Origin: Azolla caroliniana
Taxonomy: Eukaryota; Plantae; Polypodiophyta
Assembly (NCBI GenBank): GCA_043228905.1
Contig: JBHGNT010000003.1
Location: forward strand, 20,212,001 to 20,276,000
DNA: 64,000 bases
Reading direction: 5' to 3'
The position numbers and the translations under genes are program-made. Shown here one piece after another: positions 51,031-64,000 of the stretch. Each line of letters begins with the position of its first letter. Position 1 is the first letter of the stretch. The notes beneath the pieces were generated by a model, which was not told the DNA's origin, made no database searches, and was given only the letters and a program-made list of their open reading frames with translations.

Positions 51031-53780
51031 CTCAAAAGTGTGAAAATTCTGGGATACATTAGCAATATTTTTTCCATCCCTTGTTTCTTGGAGATAAAAT
51101 GGTTTATGTATAATTGTTTATATTTTTGTAAAGCCAACTCAAAATATGTAGAAATTGAGTATTTTCTCTCCTTTGGAACAATCAAATCTAACTTTTTGAA
51201 TGAACATTTTGTGGTATTCTCATACCTATATTATTGTTGGATATTGGGAATCTATTGTCTAGAAATGAAATATTGAATGAATCAATTGGAAAGTTTTCCA
51301 CTTTGTCTCACACACACGCACACATTACATAGGTCTTTCTTTTTTTCATGTTCAATGTAATTATTAAAAGATGTATAATAATTCTAAACATTACAATTTC
51401 TTTTTACTTTTAATGTTGAACCACTACAAACAATATGAAGAAAATGGTGAGACTTTGCCTCAAACCACTACACTCTAAATCTCGACTAAGAATCAATAGA
51501 GCATGGGTTCTGCTAATTCACTTTAATAATTTACAATTCACAACATTGCGTAGACATAAATTGAAGATCAAGGAACTATAGTGTACGAACTATATAATAC
51601 TGTAGTCTTCAAATCAATGCATAATAGATGTTGGCTGATCATTTAGTTCAAGGCAATCACATAGTTCACATGGGGTGACCATTTAATTAAATGAGATATT
51701 ATCATTAGTGCCATACAACTATGGGATTAACAATGCATTTATTGTGTCGTCATTTGAGAAACTCCGCTCAATGGTAACTTCGTGTCCAATATTCATGCCC
51801 ACCATCTTTAATTTAGTGAACATCTGTACACATGGTCTTTTTAAAAGGCAACTTATAAATTATACTTCAACACTTCATTATTCAAAGACTTCTTTGTTAA
51901 GCACAAGACTATAATGCATATATAGGTTGGGCATCAATTGATTATGTAATACTTACATTTAATAATGTCACTATGTAGTCGAATGATGTAAAAAAATGTG
52001 TCACCTACATCGGTAAATGATCGTAACCATACAAAATTAAATTGAGATAATTACGTGTCATCATTTTCGTGTACAAATCAAAGAAGCTTAACTTGATGGG
52101 AACGCCATATCACATCATTCCCACCTACACCTACACTTTCAAACTAAAAATATTCCTCTTTCCTTGTACAGATTTGGTAACGTCTTTAAAAAAAAGCTAT
52201 GACGATTCCCAATGATTATAATCTTACAAACAAATGCTTGCTTATTGATGATTTATAGGATTTTGGCTATCTCGTGTATAAATGGTAGCTTAAACAAATT
52301 GTTAATCTAGAAATGATAATAATCGATCATAGTAAAGACTACGGAGATAGTTCACTTAATAATGGGGCAATTGTTTAGTACGCCCACATATGTACACAAG
52401 GGGCAAACATTTAGTCACATGATATTCATTGTAGTGATGCATAACACGTTGACAATCTTCCTTGGTAGATAGGATAGACAAACACATGCTTTACAACTAG
52501 CTCAATCACACTCTTTAAAAAGGGCACGTTATTGTTTAGAAGAGCATTGTTTCAAAAGTTATTGTAACACCCCCCTTCCCCCTCCATATTTGGCATTTTC
52601 CAATTACAAATATTCGCTCCACTTTTTTTAGAAAGATATGCGAGCTTTTCAGGATCTCTCTTCATCTATCTATGTCATAATTTAACTCATAATTCACAAT
52701 ATATTTGCCAAGATAATATAATCTTTTGCTTTTCATTGAGCTAAGTTTGTTTAAGCTCATAAGCATCTTACTTTCTAAGTTTAGTTACAATCTATGTACT
52801 AGGTTGTGTCAAAGTTTACACGGGAAATTGCTCTTGTTCAAATTTGGTGCTTGTTCATTTTGAATGTTGTCAAAACATCAAGCAACCACATTCAATTTAA
52901 AAATAAGAATGCGCTAAAATCGATAAGTTAGAGTTTTCACAATATGTCAATAATTTGATACCCATACTCTTTTTTTTCTTCCAGAAAACTATCCTCCGTT
53001 ACACATGCAACCCAAAAGAGGGTCGAGTGCTGATGCCCATACTTTTGCTTGTAGGGTATATAAATGTGTTCGACTAGAAACATGTGTTTGACTATGAAAA
53101 TAGACAGACAACTCGAGAGACTTATTCTATAATAGATTGTAGATACGTTTATGAAGGATACTTCTAGTTTAGTTTATATAATAAAGCTTCTACACTGCAT
53201 AGTTGGTACCTTCAAGCTGCTCTTTCATGAATATTGGCAATCTCGTTTATATTATGCTTCCTCGACCATTGGTAATTGTTGACACGATCATTCACTTGTT
53301 TCCTTTTCAAACTACTTGTTGGTGGCGAATTGTCGTGACCATACTTGCCTACGTCTATGCTTTTACCTTTTGTTTTCTCAAATAACCATTATTTTTCTCT
53401 TTCTCGACATGAGAGTCGATTGTTACTACATCAGGGTGTTAGTAGAACCTCGTGGGAGGTTATGATCACAAAGAAGGCAGTGTACACAATAACAAATTTA
53501 CACGTAAGATGTCGTGACTCATAACAATAAGATGTTGGAAGGCAAACCAACACAAGATACACATCATGTTCCTTCCTAGCAGAAGCTTCTAATTGTTTCC
53601 GCTGCCTCTAAATCGTGGCTTGCTTGTTTATCTTCGAGTGAGCCATATGTTGATGTTTACAGGCTCGAGCCATGGATGCACGAATGCATGATCAATGACT
53701 GGAACGTACTCTTGGGTAAAGGGGCGGGGGGGGGGGGGGGGGGGGGTTGCTCGGTCGGTGGGGGCGGGCTATGGAATGTC

Positions 53781-53795
53781 AAACCCTAAAGCCCA
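53781..53795 (+). promoter_or_regulatory. Telo-box plus adjacent site II-like motif
   Basis: AAACCCTAA (53781-53789) is followed by AGCCCA (TGGGCT on the minus strand), ~1.3 kb upstream of the DUF4057 ATG. Confidence 0.4.
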
Positions 53796-54168
53796 CAAGC
53801 GTGCATATGCTTGTAAGTTGTAACCTAAAATGAATAAAAAAGGGAGGGAAAAAAGCTTGGGGAAGCACAAAGAGAGAGAGAGACAACGGCTCAAAAGGAA
53901 AGTTGAGGGGGGGGGGGGGACAGAAATATAAATAAACAAAATAGAAGTGTATAAAGATGTCAACCCCAAGAATTTCAAAAAAGAAAAGAAAAAGAAATAA
54001 AATACGGAAATTCGTGGCCCGCGCCAAAAACAAAAAGAAAAAAGAAAAAAGAAACGAAAGAAGAAGAAGAATTACAGTGAATTCGAAAAAGGAGGAACAG
54101 GGGAACGGATCGGACGGCGGGGATGCGGCGCCGCAACGGACGGCTGCGATGAGGAGTTACTTACGTTC

Positions 54169-54834
54169 TACACACACACAGAACAAGCAGAGCTCTCTCT
54201 CTCTCTCTCTCTCTCTCCCACACACACACACACTCTCTCTCTCACACACACAGCCTCTCTCTCTCTAACACACACACAGCCTCTCTCTCTAACACACACA
54301 CATACAGACACTCTCTCTCTAACACACACACATACAGACACTCTCTCTCTAACACACACACATACAGACACTCTCTCTCTAACACACACACATACAGACA
54401 CTCTCTCTCTAACACACACACATACAGACACTCTCTCTCTAACACACACACATACAGACACTCTCTCTCTAACACACACACATACACACACTCTCTCTCT
54501 ATCACACACACACACATACACACACTCTCTCTCTATCACATACACACACACACACACTCTCTCTCTATCACACACACACACATAGACACACTCTCTCTCT
54601 ATCACATACACACACACACACACTCTCTCTCTATCACACACACACACATAGACACACTCTCTCTCTATCACATACACACACACACACACTCTCTCTCTCT
54701 CTCACACACACAGCCTCTCTAACACACACACTCTCTCTCTATCACACACACACACATACACACACACACACTCTCTCTCTCACACACACACACACACAGA
54801 AGATCGTCATCATCACCATCGCCATCGTTTCTCA

Positions 54835-54865
<31 letters not shown>
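54169..54865. repeat. Compound (CA)n/(CT)n micro/minisatellite with a 30-bp higher-order unit
   Basis: AACACACACACATACAGACACTCTCTCTCT occurs as 6 perfect copies (54291-54470), followed by variant units. Confidence 0.95.
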
Positions 54866-55089
54866 AGTCTCTGAGTCTCTGCGTTCTGTGTCAGCCCCTC
54901 CATCGCTGAGCCCTACCTCCTCCACATCCTTGGATTAGATCTAAAACCAACCATATCCACCCTAAAACCCCCCTTCCGCTTCAGCTGCTCCTGCTCCTTC
55001 TTCTCTGCTCTACCCTTTTTTTTTTTTTTACTCGCAGGAGCTTCTCCTCTGTCCCTCTTGTTGAACTCCCCTCAGATTTCAGCGCCGAC

Positions 55090-57215
55090 ATGTCTTCCAA
55101 AGGCCCCTCCACCGTCGATCTCCTTCGCTGGTCCGAGGAGCCTCTGCAGACGGCTCCCCGTACTACCCCTGTACGCCATCAGGTCAGGGATCCTTCCCTC
55201 CCCTCTCATCCTGGTTTTCTTTTGTCCAATGCGGGATCCATCCAACTCATCATGTGCTTCTTGCTCTTTACATTTTATGGCAAAATGTACAGCCCACGGG
55301 TGGAATCGGTGCCATCTTACTGGGCGCGGAGCTAACACCCGAGGAAGCTGAAGCTCTGCAGAAAAAGTAGTCTCATCTCCACTCTTCCCACATATTTCTT
55401 GTGTAAATGGGGGAAAAAAGAAGCTAATTTTCTTTTCTAGCTATTTTAAATTTTATTTTTTTACTTCTCCATGGAATGTCCCTAAAGATTTTGTAACAAC
55501 TGGTCTATGTGGAAATTGTGCTTCTTCTACCCGGCTTTAGAATCTTTCCACGTATTTCTTGTGTTAATGGAGAGAAAAGAAGCTATTTTTTGTTTTACTT
55601 CTCAATGGAAAGCCACTAAAGATTTTGAAACAACTGGTCTATGTGTAAATTGTGCTTCTTTTACTTGGCTTTAGGAAACCAAACTCTGAGCTGAAGAAAA
55701 AGGAGATGAGTGGAAGTGGCATTTTCTGCAAGGACACTGAAGATGACCAAAATGGCGCCTCTCTCCCTCTCGATAAAACCATGGTTCGCCCTCTAAAGGT
55801 AAGATCTGTATCATGCTCCATACTATTGTAGCTATGAAAAGACGTAAAAATCTATCTATATATTTTTAGATATACATGTAAATGCTGCTCCATCCATAGC
55901 AATCCCTGGCGATACAATGCCGTCTTGTCATTAGCTTTGTTCTCGAGACCATGGTAAAGTAGATTTTGTGACTGTGTTATGCTTTTTCGCCAAACACTTC
56001 AGTATCATCATGTTAATTAAGCACTTTGGTGGGACAAAATTTCGTTAAGGTGTATGTTTTATGAGGAGAAAATACATAATTTGGTGGCTATTTTTCTGTG
56101 TTTTAGCCGATTGCACACATGAGTCAGATCTCATTTGGAGTTGAAGGTTCCATTTCTCCGAAAAAGCCCACCTCCTTGCACGAGGTTGCAAAGCAGAAAG
56201 AATTAACTGGAACTCTAGAGGCCACAACAGAAGACAATACACCCTCCAGGAAGCCAACGTCAACAGCAAAAGTGAAGGAACTTGTTGGAAGCAACATCTT
56301 TGGCCCCCCTCCTCTACCTCTGGATGCTCAACCAAAGTCGTTGATGCGTAGCCTTGATGCAGCTGAGACTGCCACACAAGACAATTCAGCCACCCCATCA
56401 AAGGTACATAAATTAATGGTTGCATCTTTGTGTTATGTCACATTAGAATGGTATGAATAACTACAAGATCACATGAAATTAATAGTCATATTAAGTTTAG
56501 TGATAGGTCCGGCCCTTCCAGGGAACTTCATATTATTGGTACTGAGTAGAGGTAGCCAAGATTTGTACATTGACATTAGCCTATACATAAATACTATGGT
56601 TTTGAGGCATATGATACACATACAATATACACCATGTGAATGCATTGTCTCTTCTATTGTGTACCAGTTTGGTAATGTGGCCAATCAAGAGACATTTACA
56701 GCATGTTATGAATAGAGACATGTAAGAGTAGTGTAGGATGATTCAAGAAGCAAAAGCTGGCTGCTTCTGTTGTTGACAATCAGTTGGCACAATATATAAT
56801 CCATGTACTTGTCTTGATTAAATCGTTCTAATTATTTTTGTTACTCTCCTCATTAGGAGCTATAAATAAATTTTTATTTCTACACCCTGCATTTGGAAAT
56901 TTAAAAGTGTTTCATGATCTAAGATGCTTTTCTGTGTGGCTGTAGTTTGTGGGATCTAGTTTAGCTGCATTTGGGGAAGAGGATGTCGAGCATTCAGCAA
57001 AAAAGCTGAATGCTCACAAGGTGTTTGAGCTTACAGGCAACAACATATTCAAAGATGATGCACCATCATCTCTCATGGAGAAGTCGTTGAGCGCTGCAAA
57101 GCGTAGGGAAATAACAGGAAATGACATATTTGCAGATGAGAAACCTGTTGTTAGAGATCACCTTGGTGGTATCAGGAAGCCTCCTGGTGGTGGAAGCAAC
57201 CTAACCTTAGTTTAG
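55090..57215 (+). CDS. DUF4057-family plant protein, 5 exons, 285 aa
   Basis: Exons 55090-55182, 55293-55366, 55675-55798, 56107-56403 and 56946-57215, all GT-AG (858 nt in frame). Motifs STVDLLRWSE, KEMSGSGIF, SQISFG...SPKKPTSLHEVAKQKELTG, KELVGSNIFGPP, ELTGNNIFK and RDHLGGIRKPPGGGSNLTLV. Confidence 0.9.
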
Positions 57216-60200
57216 GGACACGTTAATGTGAATTTGCGTCACTCGTACAATGATGCCGTTCCATTTCATTTTGTGGTTATGTATATGGATGAATGCAGTT
57301 TGTGTTTTGTCTTTTGCAAAGCGACTACTAGTCTTCGAATATGAATATTGTTGTCAAAGGTGGACTGGATTCTGTTTTTATTTCCTGTTTCTAGAAAACC
57401 TGTGCAAAATCTAATACGAACTAATTCTCAGATGCTTATATAGAGTATGAATGGAATACCGATTTGATGTGTTTCTGCGTGCCCTTTGAAGTAGTATGAA
57501 GTGAAATACCTCTCAACTCAACTCACTCTATTCATTCATTGTTCGTAGGCTTTGATGGTGATTAATATGCCAATTAAGTTCTTTACATGCGTCATGTTCA
57601 ATCATTATATCTTTAAGAAGACTTAATGATGTGTGAAGTTTGGAAATGAAATGCAGGCTGTAACTAAAATGCCAGCAGCTGGATTGTCATGAGTCATGAC
57701 TCATATGTCTGTCCAAATGCATTTCTCATTGATTGAAGTCTGACACAACATACAATTTGGAATTTGCCATTAAAATTGTATAGTACTGACAGGTCAATTT
57801 GGCTTTTGATGTAATAAATGGGTTTTCTAGCCTCTGTCCGATCAATTTGAATCTGTCACGCATAGTGATGCTCAGAAGGAAGTTTGTCTTTTCACATTGT
57901 CATTCCTTTGTACGTGACACACTGTTTGAACTGTTGTAAGCATCACAGTACAACATTATCGGTAGTAGGTTGTAAGGTAAAGAATGGAATAGCAATGTGT
58001 AAATGATCAGTGCTGGTGTATCTATCTACTCTATAAGAAGTCTTGCCATCACATCAAAGGGACTAAATCAAAGTCAAAGATTGAGATTGAAGGGTTCTAA
58101 TGTTTGCATGGTTGGTCATATATATATATATATGAAGGGTTCTAATGTTGCATGGTGGGTCATATATATCTAATGTTGCTTGGACAGGGTAAAGCAATTC
58201 CTCTTAGTATCTAGGTGAAGAGTTATTACATATAATGTGCCTACTCGCAAGGGACAATCGTCTGTGGGAAGAGATGGTTTGGGGAGATCCTAATGGGCCA
58301 TGTGATGTGATGGTCTTCAGACCCAAAACTTGGTTATTGGAATTTGGTGTGAACACCTTGTTATAGGCTATGGGAACCCTTTCCACTTCCTCCCTGTAAT
58401 GAGGGAAATGTGCGTATATTGTATATGACTAACGTAACCTAGGGGAACAATGATGTATGTTTAGAAGCTTGGAACATAAAAGTTGTTCACAAACTATCCA
58501 ATACAGGAGAGGGAGGGGTGGTGGTAAAAAGGATAGCTTGGCAGTCCAGCTGATTTATGGTACTAGAATTAGGTTGGCAAGCTATATGTTGCTAGAAAGC
58601 AAAGAGGGAAAAGCAAAAGAAGCTAGATAGCCTCAAGCTAAAAGCTATCACAAAACAAGCAACTATTCCCCAAAAACTAGTATTGGAAAACAAGATGGTT
58701 CATAATTGCTTGGATATGCAACATCATGAAATCATTGGAGCACTTCACTTCTAATCATGGGTACTTACAAGCTTATGAACTTTGATGGCTTGTAATCAAG
58801 GATTGGAATTGAAGAACTCCTTGAACACGTTCAGTGTCCAACTAGGTGTGCAAAGTGTACATGGCACTAGCCTTACATTAAGATAAAAGCTTGATCTTAT
58901 CATTGTATGTTCGACTTCAATTACTATTGTTCAACTTTTTTCTTATAACTATTGATCCCTTTACAAAGCATGGATATTACGTGTTGAAGGTACCTTTCGA
59001 GGAGGTCCACATTTGTGAGTGAGGAAGAATAAAATGTCGATGCTTTGAGTTTTAGGTATGTATGTACTCTATGATTCCTTAAACGATGCAAGTCTTGATC
59101 TCTATGCCCCAACAAAATAGCCACTATTAGCCACAATTCATTTATCTGCCAAAAGGTTAGTTGAGTTATAGTTACCTCAAATAATTTTGGAGGTTAAGGA
59201 CACCCTTTCTTGAACCTCTTACCCATGGGCTTGTTGTGAATGTCATCGTTTGAGGGATTTCCAAGCTTGAACCAAATGGTTCATGACATTCAGAAACCAT
59301 TAAGTTCTAAAGGCACAATTTCAATGCAGACCAATTCTTTAACAAAACGTGTTTTCTAGCCTCAAAACTCTCTATATTGATCCATAACTTTTCTTGAAAA
59401 AGGTATGATGAGATTTGAACTTGAGGCGTCTTGCGTCTATGTTCTAACTTATATAATTTAATGTAGTAAGCAATTGGTGAACACCTTAAAATTCTAAATA
59501 TTTGATTTTGAGTCGTCTGGTATTGAAACCAATCCAAGGACAATCTTGCCCTTTACATCCTCACAGTATCCATCCATCATTTTCTTGCTTCTTTGTTGTT
59601 TCTATTTTTGTTTTGTTCATATTGTGTATTGCCATCCTTAATGAGTCCTTGTTGTTTTCTCTTTTGTTTTCGTATTTTCATGTCTTGCTTTTCCATGGAA
59701 TCTTCTTTCTTGTTGCTCTCTAAACATTGCGGTTTGTTTTTTTCTTTATGATTTCATGTCATTTATTGTTACTCCTTTTAACATCTTAAATGAAAATTGC
59801 ATCCAAGGAGTCATCTTCTATGTTTCTAGTTCTCTAGCCACAAAAAATTATAGTACACTTCTTCCCTCTCAATACCTTTAGAAATTGTTGTCCTCACCCA
59901 ATTCCATGGTTCTTGAACCCCCACCCAAGCTATAATATGAGTTGTTGGATAAAGTTGTGAGCAAGGGAACAAGGCTAATCTGTCCACAAATAGTGAACGA
60001 GCCAAAAATAAAGACCGCATCAAGAAATGCAAATACAAGGTTTATATGAATCATTGATTCATTGCCATCTCGACTGGGAGATTATGAAGCATTGACGAGA
60101 CAACATATCTCGAATGCTATGTTTTGTGGATACTCTAAAGTAGGGCAATGGAATATGGAATGATAAATAAACACCAATAATGATAATAATAATAACGATA

Positions 60201-61110
60201 CTAATAATACTAACTATAATAATAATAATCCGCATGAGAACAACAACAACAACAATGAATATAAATACTAATATTAATAAACTTAATAAATAAGTAATCA
60301 AAGAAAAAAAGTGCCTCACTCATTTATTGGTTGCGGCATCTATGTAGCAACATCATTCCATCCATGGTAACCATTGAAAAATGGGTTCAACGTCTCTAAG
60401 TTTTACACAAGTCTTGTTAAACATTTTTCTCTTCGGTCATGGTGTCCAACACAAACTTGAGATGATTGAGTGGGGTTGATGAGTTGACCGACCCTTCTGT
60501 AAACCAAAGCATGGTCTTGATCCCTTAACATATTTACTTCTGTGACTTGCCTATCCTCACTCAATGACTTTTTACCTCAAGATTGCTATTGAACAACAAT
60601 TGGCCCTACTTGTGTTTGTCACCTTGTATACAAGAACAATGCAAACCTAGTGTACACATGTCACCCCTAGGTTAAGTTGGTTCCATGACGTACAAGATCA
60701 ACTCACCAAACCTGCAAGGATGCAAAATCCCTTTGAAATAGTCTTTCCTTGCTTTACATAATGGGAGACTACATCAATAAATACATAAGCTATCCTAACT
60801 CCGGTATCCAAGAGACAATTAATCTCTTAACACAGTTTCAACTTCAATTGATGTCACCACCTCCTGAGCATTCAAGTTGCCACCAATATGGCTACCCTAG
60901 TCCCATTATGCACCGAACGTCAAGTCTTTAGACACAAGTAATCATCATACCCTCCGCCTCTTGCAACTAGGCCTCAAAACCATGCCCTACTCCAACAATG
61001 GATGGATGATTTGAAGCAACCCTTCATGTTTGCGCATCTTGATGCTCAACATGGGGGTTGCCATTCACAAGGTGTTCTTCTTGGTGACCATGCTCATGAT
61101 CAACTTCAAC

Positions 61111-61260
61111 ATGCCCCCCAAGCTGAAAACTCCCACATTGTGCAAGTCCTAGACCATCTTCCATGTTCACATCACATTACACGTCTCTATTCATCTAACT
61201 AAGCCACCTAGTATGTAGTATCACTCACAAACCCCCCCACTACACAGAAGCATGTGTTTG
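61111..61260 (-). mobile_element. Possible highly eroded LTR retrotransposon 3' end (PPT followed by LTR start)
   Basis: The minus strand reads AGCTTGGGGGGCATGTTGAAG (PPT then TGTTG), preceded by a Y*VA*LDE...TW chromodomain-like scrap. No partner LTR was located. Confidence 0.25.
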
Positions 61261-64000
61261 GAAATAAGAGCAATACTTTCCAAGGGCATTTGGACGTACA
61301 TATATATCTGCTCCTGATGTGAGTTGGACTTAGCAACTACAATCATACCAGCCAGCTAGTTGAAGTTTGTGGGGTCATCGTTTGCCTCAATCTCATCCTC
61401 ACTTAAGTCCTAATGGTCGGCACAAGTCTCGCCCAAGGTATGCCAACGAAATTCATCTAGTAGGACTTACCCTAGACAACTCCTCTGTACAGGTCTTGTA
61501 GGACCCAAATGCAATGTTCATTCATTTGGTTGGGGGTGGAAGGGGAGTGTTCGTGAGTTGGACATCAAGACTTGTCCATTGTGTCATTGCCCAAGTGATT
61601 ACAATGTGACTAAGAGAGTATAGAGGGTTGTGTCGGCAAGCCGCGGGAGCCCCAACCCCAATGAGTTCACTAGCCACTATTTATTTGAGGGAACGAAAAA
61701 CATAAAAATGTCAATGTTTTATTCTATTGTAGGACACCTTGGGGCCACATTAAAAATAGCTGCCAGTTGTGGCACATGATCATTTATGTTCGTTGGAAAG
61801 TCACCAAAATATGATTTAAGTTGGAAGTCGTAGATGATCGTTGATTCATACTTGCCTTTGACCACAAACATGATCTTGTGTACATGCTATAAAAGTTGGA
61901 AAAGGGGCAAGGGATCTCTGACCTAAAAGCATTCTATATCTTCGTCCTATTGTTTGAATGGGCTCCACATCTTGACATATGACTACCTAGAGTGTCATTT
62001 GATTCAATGGTGGCACCAATGTATACACAATTTCATTTATTAATATAATGTTGTTCATCCCTATTACAAAGTTGCATGAAAAATGTGAGCATATGCACAT
62101 GAAAAACATTTCTCATTGGTTGGTGTGCCTCATGAAAACTCATATTTATTCTTTGAGAGGCAAAGCATTTTTCCCAAACAAAACTGAGGTAAATAATGTA
62201 ATTGCCTTGTCGAAAACATATTGAGAAAGAAACTCTCCTCCCAACCTTTGAATACACAAGCATTACCCATGTGCTAGCTTTATTCGTTGTGATCATATGT
62301 AGGCAATCTCACCCTTTTAGAGAGGTTATATTTTAAACCATGGGCGTGAAGCTCATTGTGCATGTGTATGATTTCCATAATTATCTAACTTGCCTTGCCT
62401 AGTGCTTACAAGAAAACAACATCTTATACCTCACAAATATGATAGTTTGTAGCAACTTGACCAAGAACTAGACAAATGGTAGTTATAAATCCTCTCATGA
62501 CATGAAATTTTATTTCAATGGTGAGCTTTTGTGGTAGATTTCGAAAAGGTTATTTTTTTGAGGAGTTTGGGTTCTTCTTTGCATGAATCCTTCTAGAAGC
62601 CAAACTCCTCAAAAAATTGATTAACATGTGAAAGGGTGAAAATAGAAACCCATGTTAATAAAAAATTTTGTTTGAGGTGTTTGGGTTCTTCTTTGCATGA
62701 ATGCTCTAGAACCATTGAATTCTCGATGAGAACAACAAAGTTATAAATGTAAATAGAAAGAGGGTAGGTTACTACCACTTAAATTAATGAATGAGGTCAG
62801 GCAAACTCCAAGATTAATGTTTTCCTATTGATTTCTTTTTGTAGACGTACCAAATATATAACACTTTATTTACTACTCAACGCATTTATGAACAACCTTT
62901 GTAACTCATCCACAAATTGTTTTGGTAGAGAAATCTCTTAAAATGTATGTTTTATAAAATTGATAAGCATGTTTTTTGTTTCCATGGGCTTTATGATGAA
63001 ATCAAAGACATGTTTAAAATCCACCCCAATATTGATCGATACTAGCATAATTCAAAGGCTTTGTAGAAGTGGAAGCCACTTTCCCATACCTAAAAATCTA
63101 TCAAAAACATACACAATACACAAACATAGAGAGAAATGAAATGTCTTTTGTACACGTAAGTTAAAAGACAAGAATAACCTATGTTTCCAAAGGTACAATC
63201 ATTACTCGATATGATTTTTTGTGTGAGGGTATAGAGTCTAGACTCTAAGAGATATCTTTCGTCAAATACAAAACAAACATGTGTTTTAGTTTTTAGAACA
63301 TTATATTTCAGTTGAGAAACCCCAAGAAGATCCCGATAAGGCATGCATGAAAGTTTTCGGTAATTTATAAATCAGACTACCTTTTAAGGCATTGTCTAAC
63401 AAATAGGCAAGCGTAGGTTAAAGTATACTAGATAGGTTGGGAGAGCACCTAGGTGCATCTCAAAAGTACAAGGAAAGGACATATTGGAGCCATGACAAGA
63501 GTACAAAGAAAGGAAATGTAGTTGGATGGTGGTAGTGCAATGATGTTAGAGACCAAAGAGTTGAGACATATAAGAATACATTTATTAACAAGGAAGTGAC
63601 ATATTAGTCTTATGATTTGAATTGATCTACTAGTGAACTATGGGATATACAAGTCATGGCTTTGCATGCCACCAATACAACCTCCTATGGAACTTTACAA
63701 TCCATGGGTATAACTTTTGAGTTGTATGATATACAAAGCATAATTTGCATGGTAGCTTTAGAACCTCATTGCATACTAGTTATACAACCTCATAATAGAC
63801 TTGGCAATTTGCATAGTCTATAACGTTACAATCTCATGTGCTACTTGGTGCCCATGGCACCTTGCAACTGTCTCTTACTTTAAGCTCATAACTAAACTTA
63901 TAATTCAATATAACCTTCCATAACTCTCAATAGTGGTCCACATGCTTCCACTACCCTCCATTAACTTTCCATAAACTTCGATAAGCAAGTTGAAGCAAGT

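Noticed and set aside
54168-54925. CV/RE-repeat proteins, or a CRISPR-like array from the 30-bp repeats
   Set aside because: Pure dinucleotide-derived tandem repeat with no unique spacers and no cas genes, in a eukaryotic context.
57300-64000. Short ORFs as genes
   Set aside because: No recognisable domains or coherent exon chain; probably eroded TE and intergenic DNA.

Overview
Eukaryotic land-plant nuclear DNA: AT-rich, CpG-poor background with GT-AG spliced genes. The retroelement families look most like those of non-seed plants such as ferns, which is an inference. The first ~22 kb is a retrotransposon graveyard. It holds a 5'-truncated L1 LINE with a 10-bp TSD, Copia and LINE remnants, and a nest of at least four layers: degenerate Copia A, degenerate Copia B, a minus-strand Gypsy, and a young intact Copia C (282-bp LTRs differing at 1 base, CTTTA TSD, uninterrupted ~1337-aa polyprotein). 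The Gypsy is the most unusual object. Its PBS matches the 3' end of plant tRNA-Trp, it left a 4-bp TSD, it lacks the reverse transcriptase domain, and both LTRs carry two tandem tRNA-like (Pol III A/B-box) modules. All three Copia LTR families place their TATA box inside an inverted repeat with different stem sequences. The rest of the window has three intact spliced genes: BTB/POZ-MATH (BPM, minus, 4 coding exons, 422 aa), a head-to-head ERGIC3/Erv46 (plus, 13 exons, 386 aa) and a DUF4057-family gene (plus, 5 exons, 285 aa). It also has a hAT-type MITE with an 8-bp TSD and several local tandem duplications. Most short ORFs in the six-frame track are spurious. All coordinates were read by eye.
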